Source: Candidatus Binatia bacterium
GTDB lineage: Bacteria > Desulfobacterota > Binatia > Bin18
Length of the DNA stretch: 64,000 nt
NCBI GenBank assembly: GCA_963664395.2
Contig: OY761159.2
Span: 3,904,001 to 3,968,000, forward strand
Direction of reading: 5' to 3'
This document shows, in pieces, positions 56,337 to 64,000 of the stretch. Under the pieces are notes generated by a model. The model saw nothing but the letters and a program-made list of their open reading frames with translations, had not been told where the DNA came from and searched no databases. Each line of letters begins with the position of its first letter. Positions within the stretch are counted from its first letter, which is position 1. A program made the position numbers and the translations under genes.

Positions 56337-57731
56337 TTAAGGAGCGGGAACGGTTCCTGCTGAGGTATCCTGAAGAATAGTACCGGACAGGAGCCCGTCG
56401 GAGGCCCGAGTAATTTTTACTGGAATTTCTCGGTTCATGTACTCATCGCCGCCGTCGGCATAGACTCTGACATAGTTGCGGCTATAGCCTTTGAGCCGGC
56501 CGCTGGCCTTGTCACGCGCGTGCTCAAAGAGGACAGGCAAAGTCTCATCCTCAAATTGGCGGATAAATGCCGCTTTCTTGCGTCCGCCGAGTTCGCGGAC
56601 TTGCCTCGCTCTCTCCTGGATAATAGCTGGAGGGACTTTGTCTGTGAACTTGGCCGCGGTGGTCCCGCTACGGACTGAGTAGGGGAATACGTGAAAATAC
56701 GTGAACGGACTTTCTTCCAAAAAGTTCATCCCCTGGGCAAATTCCGCTTCGCCCTCACCGGGAAAGCCGACAATGAGGTCCGTTCCCAACGCGGCGTAGG
56801 GTAAATGTACGCGCAGTTCGGTTAAAACGTCCTTGGCCAGGGCAGTGTCATATCGCCTCCGCATCCGAGCCAGGATTGAGTCTTCTCCCCACTGTAAGGG
56901 GATGTGCAGATGTGGGCACAGAATCTCAGACTGGGTGAGGAGTTGCACCAAAGATGGGTTGATTTCATGGGGATCAAGTGAACTCAGGCGAACGCGCGGA
57001 ACAGGTTTTCGCTCTTCTATGGCTGTGAGCAGCCAGGTGAGATCGATCTGAGGATCGAGGTCTTCCCCATAGCCGCCAAGATGAATGCCGGTCAGGACGA
57101 CCTCTTGAAAGCCCTGGTCGGCCAAACGGTCGAGCTGGTCCAGGATTGTCCGTGGCGCAACACTGCGACTTTTTCCGCGTGACATCGGAACAATGCAAAA
57201 CGTACAGAACAGATCACAGCCTTCTTGGATTTTAAGAAACGCCCGAGTCTGGCCCTGAAAGGTGACAGCACCAAATGTATTGATACCTGGTGGGGCTTCG
57301 TGTTTGGAGGTCCGCAGGTTACTGACAAAAATCTTCTGGTGTGGAGGCTGATCGGTTGGATGCCCCTGAGAGACCAAGCTGATCAGATCATCCAGTCGAT
57401 TGAGACCGACAACATAATCTACTTCGGGCATTTGAGACACGGCGTCAGGACTCACCTGAGCATAACAGCCGGTCATAATGACGTACGCATCCGGATTGCG
57501 CCGCTTTGCCCGGCGCGCCAACTGGCGACTCTCGACGTCAGCTTGATTTGTTACTGTGCAACTATTGACGATGTACACATCAGCCGGATCGCTAAAAGGA
57601 ACACATTGATGGCCCGCAGCAGATAAGCGTTCTTGCAGTGAGGCTGAGTCGTATTGGTTTACTTTACAGCCCAGCGTGGTGATCGCAACGCGCCGCGAGG
57701 TTTGAGGAGAGGGGGGAGAGTCAAGTGGCAT
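56337..57731 (-). CDS. mtaB: tRNA t6A37 methylthiotransferase
   Basis: TLGCKVNQYD, NSCTVT, RAFLKIQEGCDLFCTFC, VLTGIHLG.YG, HVFPYS.R.GT.A. Confidence 0.92.
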   Translation of the reverse strand: MPLDSPPSPQTSRRVAITTLGCKVNQYDSASLQERLSAAGHQCVPFSDPADVYIVNSCTVTNQADVESRQLARRAKRRNPDAYVIMTGCYAQVSPDAVSQMPEVDYVVGLNRLDDLISLVSQGHPTDQPPHQKIFVSNLRTSKHEAPPGINTFGAVTFQGQTRAFLKIQEGCDLFCTFCIVPMSRGKSRSVAPRTILDQLDRLADQGFQEVVLTGIHLGGYGEDLDPQIDLTWLLTAIEERKPVPRVRLSSLDPHEINPSLVQLLTQSEILCPHLHIPLQWGEDSILARMRRRYDTALAKDVLTELRVHLPYAALGTDLIVGFPGEGEAEFAQGMNFLEESPFTYFHVFPYSVRSGTTAAKFTDKVPPAIIQERARQVRELGGRKKAAFIRQFEDETLPVLFEHARDKASGRLKGYSRNYVRVYADGGDEYMNREIPVKITRASDGLLSGTILQDTSAGTVPAP

Positions 57732-57743
57732 GAATGCGTGTCC

Positions 57744-58856
57744 TTACTGTAGCGGCCCTTCAATCCAGCCGCCGCCTAGTACGAGATCGCCATCATAAAA
57801 CACGACCGCCTGCCCTGGTGTGATAGCTGGATACGCTTCTTGAAACCACACCTCGGCTGTCTGGTCGGCTTTGGAGATGACCGTTGCGGCAATTGGGGTA
57901 TGACGATAGCGGATTTTGGCCGTGACTTGGATTTCAGCAGGCTGATCACCGGATACCCAATTGATATCTTTGGCATGGAGGCCGTGCATCTTGAGCTGTT
58001 CCTTGGTTCCAACCGACACACGGCCCGTTGCCGCGTCAATATGCGTGACATAGTGCGGCTGGGTATAGCCACCGAGTCCTAACCCGCGCCGCTGACCGAC
58101 CGTGAAGCGATGGATGCCGTCATGCGAACCTAAGACTTGTCCAGTCTGATCAATAATCTCACCTGGGATGACGTGTTCAGGGTCTACGCGCTGTTCAATG
58201 AAGCGCGCATAATTCCCATCCGGGACAAAACAAATATCCTGGCTTTCCGGCTTCTCTGCCACGCGCAGGTCTCGTTCGCGGGCCATGGCTCGGACTTGCT
58301 CTTTGGTCAAATGACCAACCGGAAAGAGCGTTCGCTTGAGTTGGGCCTGATTAAGCGTAAACAGAAAGTAGGACTGATCTTTATACAGATCTGCCCCGCG
58401 TAAGAGCTGGGCGGTGCGGGTCGCTTCATCCCAGCCAATCCGGGCGTAATGGCCGGTGGCAATATACGCGGCATCGAGTTCGCGCGCGCGCTGCCACAAC
58501 AGGTCAAACTTGAGATCACGATTGCACAGCAGACAGGGATTGGGCGTACGGCCGCGCTGGTATTCTTGTGTGAAAACGTCAATGACGCGCGTTTGAAAGG
58601 CCTCTTTGAGGTTGAGGACGTAATACGGAATGCCGAGATGTTCGGCCACGCGGCGTGCGTCCTGAAAATCGTCAATGGAGCAACAACCGCCGGCATGACC
58701 CTCGGCTGAGCCGGCGAGCAACATGGAAATAGCAATCACCTCGTAGCCCGCTTCGACAAGCAGGGCCGTTGCGACCGCGCTATCCACCCCGCCACTCAGC
58801 GCCGCGAGGACGCGTTTACCCTGGTTCTCTTGATTGGTGTGGATAGGATTTGTCAT
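57744..58856 (-). CDS. mnmA: tRNA 2-thiouridylase
   Basis: SGGVDS, G.TPNPC..CN, ATGHY, KDQSYFL, ESQDICF, TVGQRRG, TPGQ, GGG.I. Confidence 0.97.
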   Translation of the reverse strand: MTNPIHTNQENQGKRVLAALSGGVDSAVATALLVEAGYEVIAISMLLAGSAEGHAGGCCSIDDFQDARRVAEHLGIPYYVLNLKEAFQTRVIDVFTQEYQRGRTPNPCLLCNRDLKFDLLWQRARELDAAYIATGHYARIGWDEATRTAQLLRGADLYKDQSYFLFTLNQAQLKRTLFPVGHLTKEQVRAMARERDLRVAEKPESQDICFVPDGNYARFIEQRVDPEHVIPGEIIDQTGQVLGSHDGIHRFTVGQRRGLGLGGYTQPHYVTHIDAATGRVSVGTKEQLKMHGLHAKDINWVSGDQPAEIQVTAKIRYRHTPIAATVISKADQTAEVWFQEAYPAITPGQAVVFYDGDLVLGGGWIEGPLQ

Positions 58857-58876
58857 AGCAAATTCAGCGGCTGTTT

Positions 58877-60040
58877 CTATCGCCCGGACCGACCCGCCTT
58901 CCGGACTCGTTCTACGATACGGGGAAGCCTCTGTATAACCGATTCAATGCCTTCTTCCGTCGTATCTTTCCCGGCGCTAAACCGAATTGCACTCTTGGCG
59001 TCGGCTTCGTCGCAGCCCACGGCCAAAAGAACGTGAGACGGTTCAACCGACCCTGCCGCACACGCGGAGCCGGTGGAGACCGCAATACCTGCGAGATCAA
59101 GACCCATCATTAAGCCTTCACCCGAGGCTCCGGCAAAACCGACATTTAAGGTGTTCGGCAAACAGGCGTGCGTCGGCGTGTAACGGACCACATCCGAAAT
59201 ATGCCTCTGTATGCCGTCCCACAGGCGAGCTATGAGATGTATCAGACGCAGGCTGGTTGTTTCAATGTCTTGGGCGCAGAGCTGAGCCGCGAATCCAAAG
59301 CCGACGGCAGCAGCCACATTCTCCGTGCCCGGCCGTTTTTCACGTTCTTGTGGGCCGCCATGAAAAACAGGATACAACGCGGTCCCTTTGCGCACATACA
59401 ATGCGCCGATCCCTTTTGGACCATAAATTTTATGCGCGGACAGTGATAATACATCGACCCCGAGCTGGTTCACATCAACGGGGATTTTCCCCGCTGCCTG
59501 GACCGCATCCACATGGAACGGAATAGCTCGTTCACGGATCGTGTGGCTCAACTCTCGAACAGGCTGGAGGGTGCCAATCTCGTGGTTGGCAAGTCCGATA
59601 CTCACTAAGGCGGTGTTTGGGGTAAGGGCTGCTTCAAGATCTCTCGGACTGACTCGTCCTTGGCCATTAACCGCGAGTGTCACTATTTCAACAGGCGCGC
59701 CAGCAGTGCCGAGGGCTTTGACTGTTTCCAGGACAGACGAGTGTTCGATGGCAGTGGTCACGATGCGGGAAGAGGCTTCTCCCCTGGGCTTCAGTAGCCC
59801 GTGCAAGGCGAGATTATTACTTTCCGTACCCCCACTGGTAAAAAGTATTTCTGAGGACATGGCTCCAATCAGGGCTGCAACCTGATCGCGGGCCGTTTCC
59901 AGAGCTTGTTTGGCTTGCCGCCCAGCCCAGTGCAGGCTTGACGGATTGCCGAAATTCCCTACTAAGCAGGGCAGCATGGCCTCTACGACTTCCGACCGTA
60001 TGGGCGTCGTTGCATTATGGTCAAGATAGATCTGCTGCAT
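58877..60040 (-). CDS. iscS: Cysteine desulfurase (IscS/NifS family)
   Basis: YLDHNATTP, GNPSS, FTSGGTESN, HVDAVQ, SAHKIYGPKG, STGSAC; start reassigned to MQQIYL. Confidence 0.93.
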   Translation of the reverse strand: MQQIYLDHNATTPIRSEVVEAMLPCLVGNFGNPSSLHWAGRQAKQALETARDQVAALIGAMSSEILFTSGGTESNNLALHGLLKPRGEASSRIVTTAIEHSSVLETVKALGTAGAPVEIVTLAVNGQGRVSPRDLEAALTPNTALVSIGLANHEIGTLQPVRELSHTIRERAIPFHVDAVQAAGKIPVDVNQLGVDVLSLSAHKIYGPKGIGALYVRKGTALYPVFHGGPQEREKRPGTENVAAAVGFGFAAQLCAQDIETTSLRLIHLIARLWDGIQRHISDVVRYTPTHACLPNTLNVGFAGASGEGLMMGLDLAGIAVSTGSACAAGSVEPSHVLLAVGCDEADAKSAIRFSAGKDTTEEGIESVIQRLPRIVERVRKAGRSGR

Positions 60041-60050
60041 AGGTTGCCCC

Positions 60051-60803
60051 TTAGCGCCAAGGCAGCCGGACGTCTTGGATGGCTTCGAGTGCACGATGGT
60101 GGGTGAGGTCCGCGCGTAAGGGAGTGACCGATATATAGCCGTCCTGGACGGCGACGCAGTCTGAGCCCTCTATGGGATCGAAGCCCAGAGCGTCGCCCCC
60201 GATCCAGTAGTATTTTCTGCCTCTCGGATCCGTGCGTACGTCAATATTCTCGCCGTAGTGTCGCTTGCCCTGGCGCGTAAAACAATAGCCTCTGATCTGG
60301 TCACGCGGCAGGTTGGGCACGTTGACGTTCAACAGGCTATCCGCTGGAAACTGAGGGGTCTGAATTTCCGCCGCCAGCATAGCTGAGAACTCGGCAGCCG
60401 CTTGGAAATGGTAGGGAGCCGTAAATGTCACCAGCGAGACGGCAATAGCTGGAATGCCTAAGAGGGCTCCTTCGAGCGCAGCGGCAACCGTACCCGAATA
60501 TGTAATATCGTCTCCCATATTCGGTCCTTTGTTGATGCCTGAAACAACCAGGTCGGGACGAACGGGTAAAAACCCTTTGACTGCAATATTGATACAATCG
60601 GTTGGCGTCCCGTTGACTGCAAAGCGTCGTGGTGCAATCTCTTCGATCCGCAGGGGCCGATGTAATGTCAGAGAATGACTGACCGCACTTTGCTCTTTGT
60701 CGGGAGCAACGGTATAGACCTCACCAACGCTCGCGAGTGCTTCTTCGAGGCAACGAATGCCTTCTGACTGGATACCGTCATCGTTCGACACCAGAATCAC
60801 CAT
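60051..60803 (-). CDS. surE: 5'/3'-nucleotidase SurE
   Basis: ILVSNDDG, VAP..EQS, GTPTDC, VVSGIN.G.N, YSGTVAAA, SVTPL. Confidence 0.97.
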   Translation of the reverse strand: MVILVSNDDGIQSEGIRCLEEALASVGEVYTVAPDKEQSAVSHSLTLHRPLRIEEIAPRRFAVNGTPTDCINIAVKGFLPVRPDLVVSGINKGPNMGDDITYSGTVAAALEGALLGIPAIAVSLVTFTAPYHFQAAAEFSAMLAAEIQTPQFPADSLLNVNVPNLPRDQIRGYCFTRQGKRHYGENIDVRTDPRGRKYYWIGGDALGFDPIEGSDCVAVQDGYISVTPLRADLTHHRALEAIQDVRLPWR

Positions 60804-60825
60804 AGTGATATTTCACCAGAAAGCT

Positions 60826-60861
60826 GAAAAGAAGAGAAGGCGATCACCTGCGTGATCGCCT
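60826..60861 (-). terminator. Stem-loop downstream of tRNA-Pro (probable terminator or processing signal)
   Basis: AGGCGATCAC-loop-GTGATCGCCT perfect 10-bp stem, followed on the minus strand by TCTCTTCTTTT. Confidence 0.65.
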
Positions 60862-60879
60862 CCCCTAACGTAACCAACA

Positions 60880-60956
60880 TGGTCGGGGTGAGCCGATTTG
60901 AACGGCCGACCACTCGCACCCCAAGCGAGTACGCTACCAGACTGCGCCACACCCCG
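60880..60956 (-). tRNA. tRNA-Pro (GGG)
   Basis: Minus strand CGGGGTG...CTCGC-TTGGGGT-GCGAG...GGCCG-TTCAAAT-CGGCT-CACCCCG-ACCA; 77-nt cloverleaf with encoded CCA. Confidence 0.96.
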
Positions 60957-61090
60957 CTCTGCTCCCTCATATCGCTTGGGGGCTGAAAGGGTCAAGGGCC
61001 TGGTGGCTTCTCTGATTCGTTGTTTCTTGTTATGCGGAAGAGAAATACTGAGTCCTCCGAGTAGAATTCCGAGGATGATGAGAGGCGAAT

Positions 61091-61465
61091 ATGTCAACGT
61101 ACACAGGTGGTTGTCATTGCGGGCGAGTCCGGTTTGAGGTCTCTGGTCAGATCGAGCGGGTGTTGAATTGTAATTGCTCAATCTGTCGCAAGAAGGGTTT
61201 TCTGCACTGGATCGTCGAACCTGAGCGCTTTCACTTACTGTCTTCTTCAGACGCCCTCAGCCTGTACGAATTTCATACCAAGACGGCCAAGCATTACTTT
61301 TGTTCTACGTGTGGTATCTCCTCGTACTATATTCCACGTTCACACCCCAATATGATCGATGTGAATGTGCGCTGTCTGGATAAGGTAAATCTGGAAGAGC
61401 TGGAAATCGAACGTTTCAACGGTCAGGACTGGGAGCAGGCCCGGGCGAATCTTGATGACACGTAA
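61091..61465 (+). CDS. GFA/CENP-V family zinc protein
   Basis: GGCHCG.V, CNCSIC, H.FC..CG, VNVRCL. Confidence 0.92.
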   Translation: MSTYTGGCHCGRVRFEVSGQIERVLNCNCSICRKKGFLHWIVEPERFHLLSSSDALSLYEFHTKTAKHYFCSTCGISSYYIPRSHPNMIDVNVRCLDKVNLEELEIERFNGQDWEQARANLDDT

Positions 61466-61477
61466 ACCGGGTGCCGG

Positions 61478-61738
61478 TTAATCCACAAAGTGTCCGATGT
61501 CGAGCGTAATAAACCGATAGCCCAGGGCCTTGCCATGTTTAATCAACGGCTCACGGATTGTATCTTCGAGTAAACGCGGACAATCCGCTGCTGGGGCCAT
61601 AATGCAGACCATGTCGTCATCTACCCGAACAGGATAGGCTGGAAAGCCAAGCTCCTGAAATATCTCGACCCAGGCTGCGGACGGATCATTTTGATCGGCG
61701 TGCAGGGACTGGGAACGGTCTGGATTCTGATCCTTCAT
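61478..61738 (-). CDS. Small protein resembling the LarE C-terminal domain
   Basis: ELGF....VRV......I.........L....R..L....K.LGYRFITLDI pattern; ATG at 61738. Confidence 0.55.
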   Translation of the reverse strand: MKDQNPDRSQSLHADQNDPSAAWVEIFQELGFPAYPVRVDDDMVCIMAPAADCPRLLEDTIREPLIKHGKALGYRFITLDIGHFVD

Positions 61739-61802
61739 GGCTAGCGAGTGTACTACAAAACAGGCAACGACTGAATCGTGTGTTTGAGAAAGCGAGTGAG
61801 GG

Positions 61803-62450
61803 ATGGCAGACGCTGGCGTCATCTTTGATCTTGATGGGGTCCTCATTGACTCTGAGGGGTTGTACTACCGCGCGTATACCGAAGTGCTCAAGCCGTATGG
61901 CGTCACAGTGACGCAGCGAGAATATGAAGAGTACTGGATCGCCCAAGGAATCGGACCGGAATACATTGTAGAAAAGAATAATTTGCCGGTCGCGCCTGAT
62001 ACCTTGCGCAAGCTTCGCTCGCCTATTTTTCTTAAATTGTTGGAAACGGAAGTCACGCTCATGCCCTATGTGGAGGAAACCCTGACGCATTTGTCCGAGC
62101 ATTTTGGACTCACCGTCGCAACCAACAGTAACCGTGAACATTTGGACTTTGTGCTGAAGCGTTTCGGCATCGACCGTTTTTTCGATCGAACTATCGCACG
62201 TCAGGATTATGAAAAAGCTAAACCTGAGCCGGATGCCTTCTTAGCTGCGGCAAAAAAACTCGGCCTGGCCCGAGAGCGGTGCGTGGTCGTGGAAGACACG
62301 TATCGTGGTGTCACGGCGGCTGCCCAAGCCGGCATTGCCTGCATCGCCGTACCGAACGCATACACCCAAAACAACGACTTTAGTCAGGCTACACTCGTCT
62401 TGTCCAACCTTGGAGAATTAACGCCCGAGGTGGTGCGGTTACTGCTCTAA
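61803..62450 (+). CDS. HAD family phosphatase (beta-PGM/CbbY-like)
   Basis: IFDLDGVLIDSE, ATNS, KPEPD.F, VVED...G..AA..AG. Confidence 0.93.
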   Translation: MADAGVIFDLDGVLIDSEGLYYRAYTEVLKPYGVTVTQREYEEYWIAQGIGPEYIVEKNNLPVAPDTLRKLRSPIFLKLLETEVTLMPYVEETLTHLSEHFGLTVATNSNREHLDFVLKRFGIDRFFDRTIARQDYEKAKPEPDAFLAAAKKLGLARERCVVVEDTYRGVTAAAQAGIACIAVPNAYTQNNDFSQATLVLSNLGELTPEVVRLLL

Positions 62451-62528
62451 TCCCTTTCCAATATGCAGGTTTTCCTTTATTGTAGCCCCTCGATAGTGCC
62501 GGGGAAGCACTCCAAAGGAGGAGGATGC

Positions 62529-63404
62529 ATGACGGTCCAAGAAGTAAACCTAGACGCGAAACAGTTCACGGATAACTATGTTCAGGCCAACGGACTGACG
62601 TTTCACTATCTCGACTGGGGCAGCCCGGAAAAGCCCTCATTAGTACTACTCCATGGAGTAGGGCAGACCTGCCATACCTGGGATTTGTTTGCGGCGGCCA
62701 TGTCTGAACATTTTCACGTCATGGCTTTTGATCAGCGCGGACATGGGGATACGGACTGGGCTGCGGATAAAGACTATTCACGCGCAACCATGGTCGAGGA
62801 CGCCGATGCCTTCACCGCTGCGCTCGGTCTGGATCACTTTTTTTTGACAGGCATGTCGATGGGGGGAGCAAACTCGCTCGCATTCACTGCAAAGTATCCT
62901 CACAAAGTCGAAGCCCTGGTCGTTGTTGATGTCGGCCCGCGTGTGGAGCCCAAAGGCGTGAAGCATATTCGTGATTTTATGAAAAACTACCGTGAATTTG
63001 ACTCCCTGGATCAAGCTGCGGAAGTGATTCACACGTTTAATCCAAGGCGGCCACTCGAAGTCATACGCACCTACACAGTGGTGTATAACCTCAAAGAGAC
63101 TCCAGCGGGCAAGTGGACCTGGAAATACGATACATATTTCAGCGACGGCCACCGTAAGGTTGATGTCAAACAGATGCAGGAAGAGCTGTCTGTGGCAGTC
63201 AAGAAAATCCAGTGTCCGACTTTAGTGGTCAAGGGCGGCGAGAGCGATGTCTTTTCACTGGATGGCGCACGAGGCTTACAGGAACTGATTCCCGGTGCGG
63301 AGTTTGCCGTAGTGCCCAAGGCCGGCCACTCTGTCATGGGAGACAATCCGCAAGGTTTTGAGTCAGCGGTTCGTGGGTTTTATGAGAAAAAGGGCTATCT
63401 GTAG
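62529..63404 (+). CDS. Alpha/beta hydrolase
   Basis: LLHG, DQRGHG, GMSMG nucleophile elbow, G.ESD, AGH; start ATG 62529 after GGAGGAGG. Confidence 0.9.
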   Translation: MTVQEVNLDAKQFTDNYVQANGLTFHYLDWGSPEKPSLVLLHGVGQTCHTWDLFAAAMSEHFHVMAFDQRGHGDTDWAADKDYSRATMVEDADAFTAALGLDHFFLTGMSMGGANSLAFTAKYPHKVEALVVVDVGPRVEPKGVKHIRDFMKNYREFDSLDQAAEVIHTFNPRRPLEVIRTYTVVYNLKETPAGKWTWKYDTYFSDGHRKVDVKQMQEELSVAVKKIQCPTLVVKGGESDVFSLDGARGLQELIPGAEFAVVPKAGHSVMGDNPQGFESAVRGFYEKKGYL

Positions 63405-63447
63405 GCCCCACGAAAGACCCAGTGAAAACGAATGGGGAGATACACAT

Positions 63448-64000
63448 ATGGATCTCGGTCTCAAAGATAAAGTTGTCATTGTCGGCGGTGCAAGTAAGGG
63501 CATTGGTCAGGCGACTGCGTTGGCGTTTGCCAAAGAGGGCGCAAAAGTCGTGGTCTGCGCCCGTAACCCGGAACTATTGGAAAAGTCTGCGAGCGAGATT
63601 CAAAGCGAAACAGGAGCCGAGGTGCTGGCCGTGGCCGGAGACCTCTCGCAAGCCGAAGCAACCGAAAAGCTGGTCGATGAAACTATTGCAACATTCGGCA
63701 CCGTTCACGTCCTCGTGCCTAATACTGGCGGCCCTCCATTAGGTGGCTTTGGAGACATGGATGACGCCGCCTGGGAAAGTGCTTTTGCGCTCAACTTCCT
63801 CAGCACTGTTCGGCTGATCCGCAAGGCTCTGCCATATATGCAAAAGCAGCACTGGGGCCGTATTGTCAGCGTCATGTCTATGTCAGTCAAAGAACCGATT
63901 GACGGTCTCATCTTATCTAATGGCGTGCGCCCGGCCGTGATCGGTATGGCCAAGACGCTGTCACGCGAGGTTGGGAAGTATAATATTACGGTCAACACGG
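63448..64000 (+). CDS. Short-chain dehydrogenase/reductase (truncated by window end); not in the ORF track
   Basis: Read by eye: MDLGLKDKVVIVGGASKGIG...NTGGPP.G.F...WGRIV...SN..R. Confidence 0.9.
   Translation, partial: MDLGLKDKVVIVGGASKGIGQATALAFAKEGAKVVVCARNPELLEKSASEIQSETGAEVLAVAGDLSQAEATEKLVDETIATFGTVHVLVPNTGGPPLGGFGDMDDAAWESAFALNFLSTVRLIRKALPYMQKQHWGRIVSVMSMSVKEPIDGLILSNGVRPAVIGMAKTLSREVGKYNITVNT

Noticed and set aside
60813-61181. 122 aa minus-strand ORF
   Set aside because: It spans the tRNA-Pro gene and is antisense to the GFA gene start; spurious.
63422-63742. 106 aa plus-strand ORF in the track
   Set aside because: Wrong frame; the real gene is the SDR starting at 63448 and running off the window.
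60880-64000. Genomic island integrated at tRNA-Pro
   Set aside because: No integrase or duplicated tRNA 3' end was seen; the 3' side leads directly to surE.
1-64000. CRISPR arrays, rRNA, IS elements, prophage genes
   Set aside because: No regularly spaced repeats, transposase or phage motifs were found; intergenic gaps are short and mostly explained.

Overview
A gene-dense core-genome window from a diderm (LPS-producing) bacterium. Gene content and order are deltaproteobacterial-like, possibly Binatia (inference). Left to right: (1) the end of the spc operon and the alpha operon (rpsE'-rpmD-rplO-secY-map-rpmJ-rpsM-rpsK-rpsD-rpoA-rplQ, without adk or infA); (2) SPOR protein-trpDCFBA-accD-folC-lptD-rfaE2-rpmB; (3) a ~20 kb minus-strand run from a lipid A/LPS-core cluster (gnnA-like, lpxB, msbA, lpxJ-like, waaA, lpxK, methyltransferase, two GT9s, two Kdo/WaaP kinases, Thr-type sulfatase-like protein, GT4, rfaE1, with a HicBA toxin-antitoxin pair embedded) into yicC-gmk-rel; (4) lexA-hemW with a candidate direct-repeat LexA box; (5) a laforin/SEX4-like dual-specificity phosphatase and metabolic genes; (6) a three-gene module encoding a membrane-anchored GrpE-like (DUF2760) protein and two atypical Hsp70s, the best candidate for an uncharacterised system; (7) tRNA-Pro-surE-iscS-mnmA-mtaB-rnc-pyrD-tandem CoA transferase; (8) GFA, stand-alone LarE-C-terminal-like, HAD, alpha/beta hydrolase and a truncated SDR. 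No transposase, integrase, prophage or CRISPR array was seen. All calls come from motif recognition by eye; no database searches were run.
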